In this document: positions 53,275 to 64,000 of the stretch, in pieces | How positions within the stretch are numbered: position 1 is the first letter of the stretch | How the letters are laid out: each line of letters begins with the position of its first letter | NCBI GenBank assembly: GCA_001643675.2 | Contig: LSRY02000042.1 | Location: forward strand, 124,001-188,000 | Source of the DNA: Monocercomonoides exilis PA203 | Lineage: Eukaryota > Protista > Preaxostyla | Reading direction: 5' to 3' | DNA: 64,000 nt | The notes under the pieces: model-generated | What the model saw: the letters and a program-made list of their open reading frames with translations, nothing else | What the model was told of the DNA's origin: nothing | Databases searched by the model: none | Position numbers and translations under genes: made by a program

Positions 53275-54838
53275 ATATTCTGATGCGTTGAAGGTGAAAT
53301 GTGAGATGAAGAGGGGGAGGATGAAGAAAAAGAACTAAGTTGATAACCAGAAGAAGAAGAAGAGAAGGATGAGGAAGAAGAAGGTGAAGATGAAGTTGAT
53401 AAGAGAGGAGCAATAGAAATTGTGCGTTTGTGTGAATGATTTAAAGCATAAGTGTTGGATAAAGAAGATGTTGTGTCTTGATGAGAAGAGGAAAGAAGCA
53501 GAGAAGAATGAGGAATAGAAGAAGACAAAACGTAATTTGGTTGATAGATTGGATTATTTAATGCTGAAGAAGGAGAAGTCGAAGATGAAGGCAAAAATGA
53601 AACGCGAGGCGAGAAAGAAGAAGAAGAAGAAGAATAAACATATTGGATGAAGTTGGAGAAGAAGGAGCAAACGAAGAAGAAGATGGAGAATAAGAAGAAG
53701 AAGCATGAAAAGCAAATCCTGAAGCGTTTTTCAAACCAGGTGATCCAAAAAACGGCTGCATTGATTTTGAGACTTGATCATTCAGAGAAAGTCTTCTCAA
53801 TTCGTCTGCATCACACAACGAGCAGACATCTCCTCCGAAGCAGTTCAATTAAGAATCCTCTCCATCGCTGAATGAGTCTTCCTCATATTCATCTGCATAT
53901 TCATTGGAATCTCTGTTTTTGCTCCTCTTGCTGTTGTCGCTTCAACCTTTCTCTTCGTTGCTTTCTTTGAAGAAATTGCTGTTGGCTGAAGAAGAATCTT
54001 CACTCAAATATCTTCGCTCTGTTTTCTTCTTGTTGTTCTTTTGATTTTTTTGGTTTGTCTTCCTTTTGTCTCTCTTTTCCTTCAATGAAGCTCCTTCGCA
54101 TTTTGAGCCATTTTCTTTCTTTCTCCTCTCTTTCTCTTCTTCTTCCTCAAAGAAATCATCGAATTCAACTTCATCAGCATCGAAGTTGATAATTTCTTCA
54201 ATGCCATCTTCATCTTCCTCTTCCTCTTCTTCCTCACCTTTCCTGTTATATTTCCTATTCTCTCTTCTGCCTTTCCTTTTTCTGCAGTCATAGCTCTTAA
54301 TGTTCCTCTTGTTCCTTTCGTTTTCTCTTCTTTCTCTTCTTCTTCTTCTTCTCGACCGGCTTCTGCTGCTCTGCACAATCTCCTGCATCTCCCTCTGCCT
54401 TCTGCTGAGCATTCTTCCTCTCTCTTGCTCTTTCCCTTCTGACAATCCAGAAACATTTGCATTTAACGTCGATTGCTTGTTCAATGACAGCTTCAGATGG
54501 CTGCTTTGGCGAAGGTGGGAACGAGGCGTTTCTAAAGCATTCGGTGTTATCTCAGAAGAGGAAGAAGAGGAGGAAGAAGAGGAAGAGGAAGAGGAGTTTG
54601 ACGAACGAAGAACTAAACAAGGAGCAGATGAACGTCTAATCAGCATCTTTCCCAAAGCAGGTGGCTTCGTCTTGGATTTTGGTATGACTGGAATGGAAGA
54701 AGAGGAAGAAGAAGGAGAGGAAGAAGAAGAAGGAGAGGAGGAGGAGGAAGAGGAAGAAGGAGAAGAAGAAGTTTGTTGTTGTTGTTGTTCAGATAAAACA
54801 ACAGCTGGTAGCTGCAATGCCTGTGCATTTTGAGCCAT
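52485..54838 (-). pseudogene. Low-complexity Ser/Glu/Arg-rich host gene, fragmented; contains the (Ser-Pro)n expansion
   Basis: ORFs 53942-54838, 53558-53848 and 52485-53594 are co-oriented with similar Ser-rich composition. No domain recognised. Confidence 0.4.
52621..53238. repeat. (GAAGGA)n perfect hexanucleotide array, about 103 units
   Basis: Directly visible with no interruptions. Confidence 0.98.
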
Positions 54839-57800
54839 CGAAAGGAAAGAGGCAGGAAAAGTGGAAGAAGAGGAAGAGGAAGAGGAAGAAGGAAAAGAAG
54901 AAGAAGAAGGAAAAGAAGAAAAGGAAGGAGCAGAAATAGAAGAGAGAGGAGGAGAAAGAGTGGGAGAAGACGCTAAAGAAGGAGATGTATGCTGATTGGA
55001 AGAGCGAGAAATGGAAGAGGAGAAGAGGCAGGCTTGATGATTGGACGAGATTTGCGGGTGGAGCTGTTAAGTGAAGAAGAAGAAGAAGAAGAAGAAGAAA
55101 AAGGCTGATCCGCCTGTTGCAGTTGGCGGCAGATATGACAAAGTCGCATTGTTGCCATCGCCCGCAACAACTGTAGCAAAACAGCCCAACCCTAAATTAG
55201 TAACCTAACAGAGCCTCAAAAAATACAGAACTTTGCCAGCAGAAGTCGAAATACCGTTGATGGAGATGGGCAGAAGATAATTCCCAACTCAAATTGCTGA
55301 ATGCTGCCCATGGCAACGAAACGCCAAGCTTTCCACTCGTCCTTGTAGCAGCTCGGTGAAGGTTAAAGAACGGTAACAGCTGCAGGATACTTCACTTGTC
55401 TTGCCATTCTTGCAGGAACACAGGCAGAGACTGATGCTTTTGTCACAAATTATTCTTTTTCATTTAAGCACGAATTTTTGGAAAGTCTTGCTTCTCTGCA
55501 CATATTCCACAAAACACACATGCATCTTTCCAACGGCAGCAGCAGCCATTTAACTCCCATTGATGTTGCTGATCTCCACTCTCATTGCTTTGCATTGTTT
55601 TCTAAGTTTTTATTCGCAAGAAATATCCTTCCCTTGATATTGCCAGCCACTTTCCTTTCCAAAAAAATACCCTAAACTGCTCCATTGCCTTATGTTCCAA
55701 AATGCTATATAATATTGTGCAGATTTTGTCCTTCACAGAATTCCTTCTTGTTATTTTCTTTCAATAAAATATCAGCTGAATTTGTTTTCATCTCTTGCAC
55801 CAAATAAAAATCATGTATCTTGCGTAACTCCATTTATTTCCCAATGCCTATATAATAATCAGCTCCATTCCCATCGTATTGCTCTACAAAGCGTAGATTG
55901 GCCATTTCAATAATAATTCGGATTCCTGCACTTTGGAGAGGATACAGACGGAAATATCTTCACAATTAATAGAACATTAAAAAGTGCGTTCATTATGTCC
56001 TTTTGTGTTATTGATGAAATTGTTGCATTCCCCTTGGCCATCCAATTACCAATAATCATCGGGCAGAATTTCAGAATTATTGCATTGCTTCATTTCCAGC
56101 TGTCATCACATAAAATAAAATTTCAAGTTCTACAGGTAATGTTCACTCACTGAGCTTTCAATCAGTGTATGAATATTCCGTTCTTTCAAATCTGATGATC
56201 ATAAAATCCATTACAAAAAAGACTCAAACAAATAAATCAATTTTCTTTAATGTTTATCATTCTTGAAACATGCTCATGGTTGCCAGGTTATCAATTTGAA
56301 ATTTCATTCACGTTATTATTTTTATGAATAAAGATAATTTTCAAAAAAAAATGCACTAATTCATCATATTTTTGATTCAAAAAATTTGAAGGCTGAAGTC
56401 AAGAAGGAATAAAAATAAATGACTAATTGCATCATCATAAATTTCAATTTAGTGAAAAAATCAATTTTACAAAAATACCATAATTATATTCACGTTTTTT
56501 TAATTTGATCTTTTTTTTGATATCAAAAAAGATCACCCATTTATAATTGATTCAATTTTCGATAATTAAGTGAAAAAACAGCCAAATTGCGAATATCATC
56601 GCATGAACCATTTGGTGTGAGTAGAAGTGGAGCAGAGAGCTTTTGCATGAAGATGGCTGGAGCAGGAGATAAAGAACTGCAAAACATTCAGACAAACTCA
56701 GAAAATGGAGAAATTGCATTTTCACAGGTTGCATTTTGGAGCTGTAGTGTGGTGCTTGTAAATTGTGATTCTTTGATAAAATGATGTTTGTTTAAGGTAG
56801 CATACAGCTGGCTGAAGCGTAACCGTGTCTTTTCAACTGGGTTCTGACCAATGAAGACTTGAACTTTCTCGATGAACTCAGCAGATCCAAGCTATTTTCA
56901 TCCCTTCTCAAATGTCCAATTTCTCTTGTGGTTTATTTCTGGATAAGAATGACTGATGTTGCGCTCACGTGCAAAGGGTTTTGACAACCACTCGCAAAGG
57001 CACTGGAATTATCCCAGAATATCATTCATTCATTCCACTAAACCAAAAGAAGAGCCTGTGTACATCTATGTTCATCCTCACCTGATAGATCTTCTCTGAC
57101 TCAACCGCTCGATGCAGAAGGCTATTTATTTACTAACAACAAGCCCAAAAACGCACATTTCATCCCTCTGTCCATTATCAACCTCAGCTTGGCCTCAAAC
57201 GACGCCTTCTTCGGAAAGGAACTTTTTCTCCTCTGCTCTAACACCCTGTATCAAATTAATAAAATTATCCTTTCCATCCCGTTCCAAAGACCTCTTTCTC
57301 AAAAATCTCCTTCATCTGAAGCTCTGAATTCTCCCGTTCCGGCTCCCTTCGAAGTCAATATCCTCCCCTTTATTATTTTCTTTTGCATTCAACAGATTTT
57401 CACTTGCAAGGACACTGGATCCTCTGTCCTCCAGAGTGGCTAACCGCTTGCCCCTTGCACCACCCTCTCCACAGCCGTCCTCCGCATCGCACCATCCATT
57501 GGCAACATCCTCTGGATCTTCTCCTCCTCCTCCTTCGATGTCACGACCTCCCTTTCCTTCATCCTATTCAAGTATTCCTCTGAAAGTCTTGTCCCTGTTT
57601 GCTTCGCAACTCCTATCCCTATGTCTCCTGATCAGCCGCTTGATCAGTTTGTGGTTGTAACCTTTCTCAACACCTGAATCCTCCCCAGCTGCCACTTCTC
57701 CTAACACTCCTCATGCATAAGCAAACTCTTCCATCTTTTGCATCATCGACAGATCCCTTGCTGTGGACCTTTCCTTCTTCATCTGCTTCTTCTGTACCAT

Positions 57801-59658
57801 ATCAGTCAGAAAGCTCCTTCAGCGTGATTCGCTCCTTCTTAACTGCCATTTCTTTCGATCAGCCCAGCAGCAACACAAACGAGTGAAATGGCAGCAAAGC
57901 TTGTGTATCCGCCTTCTTCCCCGTCATCCAGAATAGTGCTCCTTTGTCACTTGGCAGCACATCAGTTTTCTTCTGTTGCTCTTCTGCAGCACTTGAGTTA
58001 TGCTCAATAAGCTGAGGTACTTCGTATCTGCAACAAGGCTTCTTCAGCAACACATTAGGCAACAACGAGATGATTATCACTTATAACACACAACATGGAA
58101 TTTTCATATGAAACGATATAATTTCTCTTTGCTAGAATAACAAAACTGTACGCATTCTCCTCGCTAACCGGTCCAACCAGCACCGCTGAAGCCTCAGTTC
58201 GTTGGTTCGCTTATTGTTCAGCACTTTTTCCACGACGACGAGCAAAACGTCTCCACTTCGATGTTCTCCTCTTGCAACCTCATCACCAGATCAGTCATCA
58301 ACTTTCGCTTCGGAAGAACAGCAACTTTCTGCAGAAGAATCCTGTATTGCAAAAATGTTCGCAAAAGATGATATTTTATATGTGAGAAGTCATATTGCTG
58401 GGCACAATACAAAGGGCAGCTGATTTAACACTTTGAAAGAATGATGAGATTGAGAAGAAAGAAGAGGAAGAAGAGGAGAGAGAGAGAGAAGAATTTTATG
58501 AAGAATTATTATTATTATTCTTATCTGAAGATGAAGAAGAGGATGAAGAGGAAGAAGAAGGAGAAGAAGGAGAAGAAATTTGATGAAATTGGATATGATT
58601 TCTTAATTTGATCAAGCAATGTATATTTAAACTGATTGTTGATATTTGAAGATTATTATCCATTGGCATTTCCAAAAGATTAATTCAAACAGAAAAAAAC
58701 AGAAGAAGAAGAATATCAGTTGTGAGGGTAGTGCATGTGTATGATGGACCTTCATTATTCACGACAACTGCAAAGGCTGAAAAACACGACAAGAAATGTT
58801 TTCATTGAAGATGACAATGCTGCAGATGATGTATTTTGATAGTTTCAGATGAGAAATGAATGAAAAGGAAGGAATTTCTTCTGATGGCTGCGCTGATTCC
58901 AGAAATAAAAAGAAGAAATGTTGAAAAAAAGGCTGAAAGTGATGTTCTTTCATTATTTGCTAGCCATTGAATTATGATTTGACAGTCATTGAAGTCCAAG
59001 GAAGAATTTCTGGTCTGTTCAGCGAAGATAGTTTTGAAACAAAAGAATTCTTGGATAATAAATCAGAATACCTTTCAGTCTCTCTTCATTTTAATAGAAT
59101 AAAAATTAAGCTCTATGATTTATCACTTCTGGTTTTCTTGTTTATTGAAGAAAAGTTTTATTGGTTTGTGTGTTCTATGAATGTGGCTCAAAGCACAGCT
59201 GTCTTTGTTGTATTTCTAATCCAGTCATCATCTGATCGAAAGAAAATGGCTTTCAGTTGTTAAGGGCGTTTGATAAACACCGAATTCAAAAAAAAATTTG
59301 TCATCAGTTACTGTTGCTGTTCCTCCATTTTTGAGTCCTTGCATCTTGTGAGTTGTAGATTGCCTTGTCGTAATTATTAAATTGCTCATTCGCTGAAAAC
59401 GACTTTTTCTCGTCCTTATGCAACTTGCCTTATTTTTGTTTCGAATCTTCAATACTTTTTTTGTTTTTCATCTTTCAGTTCTATCTTCTTCAATAATCCC
59501 TTGAATCATCTTGAATAAAAATTGAAATAGGAAAAAAATGAGATAAAAAACTGAATCCATCATGCACACAAGCATAAATCGTTTCTGCCCATTGACTTCA
59601 TCTTCTTCAGGAAAGAAAATCGAATATCAATTCCTTCTTTTATAATTGAGAACCTAAG

Positions 59659-61080
59659 TTAATTGGGAGATGATGAGACCATCATCAGCACAGCTCTTGT
59701 GATCGTCCTTTGCTTTTCCTCTGTCTCCTTCCTTATTTGGGCCCTTGTTCTGATTATGAAATCTTCTCCGTGTGCTGGCGTATCTCCTTTCCCTTCAGTG
59801 GGCTCTTCAACTCTAGTGGGCTTCATTGGCTGCTCTTCATTTCTTCTTTGTTCTGAATTCTCTCGTTGACAAATGGAGCTATTAGCGTGTGGTTTTGTTG
59901 TTTTCTCATTTCCGCCTCTCTTCTTTGCTTCGGATCTTCTGCACATGGCTGTGCTGTTTGCATCCTCTCTGTTCGCTCTATCTTCTTGATCGTTTGTTGC
60001 AGAGGCAATGACGCGGGCCATTGATGACGCTAGGTTTGATCGAAAATAATGTTTGACCAACGTGTTTGTTCGTGGTGACAATCGTGCAAACCTTCCCACT
60101 TGTTCTGGGGGAATTCCTGCCATCGTCAGTGCTGAAAGGCTTGCTGCTTTGATCGAGTATGGTGTGAATCTCTTGGGCACTCCTGCAACATATATTGCTT
60201 CTTTTGCGAGCTTCCGAATTCCTTCTGCAGCTAACGGGTGAAAGTTCTCTGCGTTTAGAAGCAATTTGTCTGTGTGACTGTTTTTCTCTTGGACTCTTTT
60301 CCACAATTCCTGGATTGCTGATGCCGGACAAATCAAACTCGGTTCTGGTAAGAACGGAACAGCAATCTCCGTGCGTGTGTTTGAGGTCTTCAACTTTGTG
60401 TCCAGATACACGCCTTCCTCCTCGAACCTGCTTTCCAACATATTGATCCTCTCAAGCTCCGTGAATCTACAAGCGGAAAACAACATCGTTAGAACAATCA
60501 CTTTCCTCGTGAGCTGTCTAAAGCTTAACCCTTCATTTGTTCCCAGTCCAGAAAAGAAATTAAGCACTATTCGAGGATTCCAAATGTCTCCTGTCTTCTT
60601 CTTTCTTGACTTGTCCGTCCTTCGGAACGATCTAAAAAGGGGACGAATAATCGGGATGTCTCCAAGGAAGGAAGAGAATACAATATTGGAGTAAGGCGAT
60701 ACTGCTGCCCTTGTCAACTGGAGGCAAGTTAACTTCATGCCACCGTTCCCAAGCGATAGAAACACATTTGCACAACATGCGGCCCACTCCTGAATAGAAT
60801 CCGGAATTTTTCCATATTCACACTCTTTCCATTGTTTTCCAAAATGAGCAAATCCATACAGATATCCTCGCCATGTGCTCCTCGAAATGTCTGCTCGGCA
60901 CTCTTCTGATAACGAGAAAGGGATTGATTTTTGTTCCATTGCATTCTTCCACCATTGTTTTCCATCGCGTAAGGTGCATTCAGCCAGATTATCCTCAATC
61001 GACCTGGTGGAAAATTCACGCCTGCTATAAGCATTGATGGACCTTTCCACAGAACCTCCTTTTGATTTTTCCAAGTCCAT
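59659..61080 (-). CDS. DIRS tyrosine recombinase (473 aa)
   Basis: N-terminal SAM-like region, IWNPRIVLNFF, MLFSACRFTEL (catalytic Arg), ICPASAI, PYSIKAASLS (HxxR position), LVKHYFR (catalytic Tyr). Uninterrupted ORF. Confidence 0.85.
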   Translation of the reverse strand: MDLEKSKGGSVERSINAYSRREFSTRSIEDNLAECTLRDGKQWWKNAMEQKSIPFSLSEECRADISRSTWRGYLYGFAHFGKQWKECEYGKIPDSIQEWAACCANVFLSLGNGGMKLTCLQLTRAAVSPYSNIVFSSFLGDIPIIRPLFRSFRRTDKSRKKKTGDIWNPRIVLNFFSGLGTNEGLSFRQLTRKVIVLTMLFSACRFTELERINMLESRFEEEGVYLDTKLKTSNTRTEIAVPFLPEPSLICPASAIQELWKRVQEKNSHTDKLLLNAENFHPLAAEGIRKLAKEAIYVAGVPKRFTPYSIKAASLSALTMAGIPPEQVGRFARLSPRTNTLVKHYFRSNLASSMARVIASATNDQEDRANREDANSTAMCRRSEAKKRGGNEKTTKPHANSSICQRENSEQRRNEEQPMKPTRVEEPTEGKGDTPAHGEDFIIRTRAQIRKETEEKQRTITRAVLMMVSSSPN

Positions 61081-62845
61081 TCAATATGGTGAACGGACCT
61101 TAACAAGCTTTCCATATTCTATCCCTACCAATTCGGCAGGAGTTATATCACTTGTGCTCTCTCCTGTCGTGCTTTCTGGATTGTCGGAATCACAAGAGGG
61201 ATCGGTGGATGAGCTAACACGACTTCGTTCTTCCAGGGGAACATCAGTCCGTCTTCTGCGAGCTGACTTCCCACTCCGCACCATCTTCCCACTTTGCGAT
61301 TGAGTTGCGCTGCAAACGCGTCCAGCGTTGGAGCAATGTTGAGTTTCGTCATTATCTTTTCACATTCTTCGTCCTGCACTTCGTAGTCTCCTGCTCTCTC
61401 CAGTCGTGATAACGCATCTGCTCTTGTGTTCAGTACACCTGGAACATGTGACGCTCTCAACTCTATGCCTAGATCTTGTTTGAGTCTCCATAATTTCCTC
61501 AGCACTGGTTGAAGCCTCTTCCTTGCATTCCATCTGTTTATGTTGAACACCACGGATGTATTGTCCGATCTTTGGTGAAGAAAGTCAACGTGATGTTACT
61601 GAAGGATTGGTGAGAAGAAACTCAGAGAAAGAAATACTGCCATTAGTTCTCTGAAATTGGACGATTGCTTCCTCATTCGGTTGGGGAACGGATTGTGTGC
61701 ATCGAGTAGCTGGTTGTACAAGAGAAGAGATGCTCCCCAAGCCGTCTCCGATGCATCCGTTGAAAGAATTGCATCCGGGGAAAATACTGGGATAAGCCTG
61801 CGTCTTGGGTGTGCTCTCAACTTCGATATCCATTGCCGAATCTGCTGCAGGATTGAAGCATTCAACCTCAATTTGCCTTTCCATCCTCTTTCCTTTATTC
61901 CTATCTGTAGCATACGATGCATGGAGTGAAGCCATAGAGAAGCGTCTGGCTGAACAAACCGAACAGCGTTGAGTTTTCCAATAAAAGAAGCCAGATCTTT
62001 CACTTTCACGATTCTTGCTTTCATGCAATCTTTTTCCCATCTGCGACACAAGCGAGTCAGGGCTTCTCTTCTGTCTCTTGCAAGCCAAACTTTCATCTTC
62101 GACGAGTCCCACTCGAAGCCAAGGAAAGAAAATCTTCCTCTTGGTTTCAACTGGCTTTTCTCCTGGTTAACCAATAGACCTAATTCCTCCAGAAACCTGA
62201 TAATCTCTTTGGCTACCTGTGCAAAGTATTTCTTGTTCTCGTGCAATATAATGAAATCGCCCAAATATGCGATCTCACGAACATCCCATCATTGCCTTAT
62301 TTCTGAATTCATCTTCATCATCGCCTGCGTGAAAATTATTGGAGCATCCACAAAACCAAACGGCATTCATTTTAATGCGTGGTCTTTTCCAGAAAATATG
62401 AAAACCAAACATGGTCTTAGGTCTTTGGACACCGGAAGCAGAAAGTAGGCCTGTTGCAAATCCATTGAAACTGCATAATCTTTTCTTCTCAGCACACGCT
62501 CTACTGTCTTTTCGTTGTCGCATTTGAAGTGTGTCTTTATCAAAGCCGCGTTCAATCTCCTGCAATCCAGTATCTGCCTCCATGTTCCCGATTTCTTTCT
62601 GATCAAAAACACGTTGTTCCTGTGCCTCACCTTCTCTGACCTTATCTCCTCCACAATTCCTGTCTCTATCTGTTCCTTTTGAAGATCTGCGAACGCCTTT
62701 CTTTGATCTTCGTTTGAGTGCACGGCTCCATCTCTGAACGGCATATCCCTTAGCTTTCTTCTTCTGTGTTTTATTTTTCATATCGCCTGCACTCCCTTTC
62801 TGATCAACTTGGAATCACTTATTTTTTCCCAAGCTTCTATGAATC
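60735..62845 (-). pseudogene. DIRS pol: reverse transcriptase, RNase H and methyltransferase-like domain, disrupted
   Basis: RT: VFLIRKKSGTWRQILDCRRLN, SMDLQQAYF, MPFG..APIIF, AYLGDF. RNase H: STDASETAWGA, SSNFRELMAV, SDNTSVV, HVPGVLNTRADALSR. MT: LDAFA..HPPIPLV..FPPG. Frameshifts and stops lie between the ORF pieces. Confidence 0.9.
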
Positions 62846-63257
62846 ACTCTTTTTTTCGTCTAAATGGGACGAAATATGATAAATCATAATTTTTATGCCC
62901 TTGTTTTTTTTATCTTCAAAAAATTAAATTTCATTGTGGGAAATAGTTTTTGCTATTCTTGTGATAAAAAAATTCTTCATCTTAAATATATTAATGATAA
63001 TTATGTTTGATTTTTTTATTCTTCCATATAAAAAACAAATAATTCTCAAAACAAACTTCAACATTCCGATAAGTTCATAAACGTAAATAATTATAGAACT
63101 TTGGTATTCAAAAAAGGTGAAAATGATCAAGAAAAATGTGAAAAAATTTTGAAACGTTTCCACAATTGTAACTAATTCATTCAATTTCAAAAAAATATAA
63201 CTGCTTTTTGAAAAAAGGATGTCAAAATAAAAAACAGATTTATTATAACTTCATCCT

Positions 63258-63471
63258 GGGGGTCATAATTCCGGGAACACCAACCCCAAATATTCATTTA
63301 ACATTATGTGAAACCGACTAGACTTTTGCAAGCTAAGCAAAAAAATAACAATAAAGTTTGATAAACTGTATTATCATTTTTTCCTGGGAGTCTGCGTTTC
63401 GGGAACCCCAACCCCTTAATGTTTAATGAATATTTTTTTTGGAACCGACTAGACTGCAAAGAGCTAAGCAA
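63258..63471. repeat. Two diverged ~70-bp direct repeats about 128 bp apart, after a GGGG start; probable terminus of another DNA element
   Basis: CGGGAAC.CCAACCCC..AACCGACTAGACT..AGCTAAGCAA occurs at about 63272-63340 and 63400-63470. Confidence 0.55.
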
Positions 63472-64000
63472 TGAAGTCAAGAAAATCAAAAAAAAAAAAA
63501 AGAAGGAAGGAAAGAGAGAAAATAATAACAACAAAAATCATAAAATGCAAAAGAACTTAAAATCTTTGAAATAAAAAAATAGTCAAGAAATTGAAAATGA
63601 ATCAACAATTGTGGAAACAGGTTAAAAACAATAATCACAATATTCCATCTAATTTGAACAACAAAATACTCAATCGAGATTAAAAATGTTTACGTTTGTT
63701 TGAGTGATTATCCATTTCTGAATTGGAAGATTTTTTTTTATTTGATTTTAATATTTCATTTGTTTCAATAATCATCAAATCCTCATCGACATTTGAAGAA
63801 TTCCTTCGCGTGTGGTGAATAATATGTGAATCATTTTTGCAACATGCTTTTCCGGTCTCTTTTCTCTTTTCAAATTGAATGCTTTGATTTGGGCTTGAAC
63901 AATCGTTTAATGCAGCTTTCTTTGGAAGTGAAAAGGCTGCTGATTTTTCTATTGAAATTCTTTGATTAATTCGAGACAGTGTTCTATCTTTGATGGGTGT

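Larger units (their letters stand above)
59659..62845 (-). mobile_element. DIRS1-like tyrosine-recombinase retrotransposon, 5'-truncated (no gag seen)
   Basis: Domain order RT, RNase H, DAM-like methyltransferase, tyrosine recombinase. Confidence 0.92.

Noticed and set aside
52412-53413. Poly-Leu and poly-(EK) ORFs
   Set aside because: Alternative frames of the (GAAGGA)n repeat.
55400-59200. Scattered short ORFs
   Set aside because: Coding-like debris with no motif I can identify, so no product was assigned.
63272-63470. CRISPR-like repeat-spacer pattern
   Set aside because: Only two diverged units, eukaryotic context, no cas genes.

Overview
AT-rich, intron-containing eukaryotic DNA read in the standard genetic code. 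The style (Ser/Glu homopolymer tracts, short GT-AG introns, an expanded GGA/GGG-motif beta-helix-like gene family) suggests an oxymonad such as Monocercomonoides; this is inference only. The window is mostly nested, decayed transposons. It holds three TA-flanked pogo-like DDE elements with TIRs, a PIF/Harbinger-ISL2EU (DDE_Tnp_4) relic, a Merlin/IS1595-like relic, a nearly intact Helitron Rep-helicase gene, a 5'-truncated DIRS-type tyrosine-recombinase retroelement, MITEs, long microsatellites and fragmented host genes (DDX21-like helicase, beta-helix family). Two things stand out. (1) A ~1,540-codon spliced Sola-like DDD transposase gene (45133-40342, minus strand) carries a complete ubiquitin-specific protease (USP/C19) domain in frame inside its N-terminal half. 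(2) A family of G-rich-ended elements sits at AWWT (mostly ATAT) 4-bp targets, including a young 4-kb Pack-type element with 461-bp TIRs that carries host-gene fragments and split another transposase gene. No rRNA, tRNA or CRISPR array was recognised.
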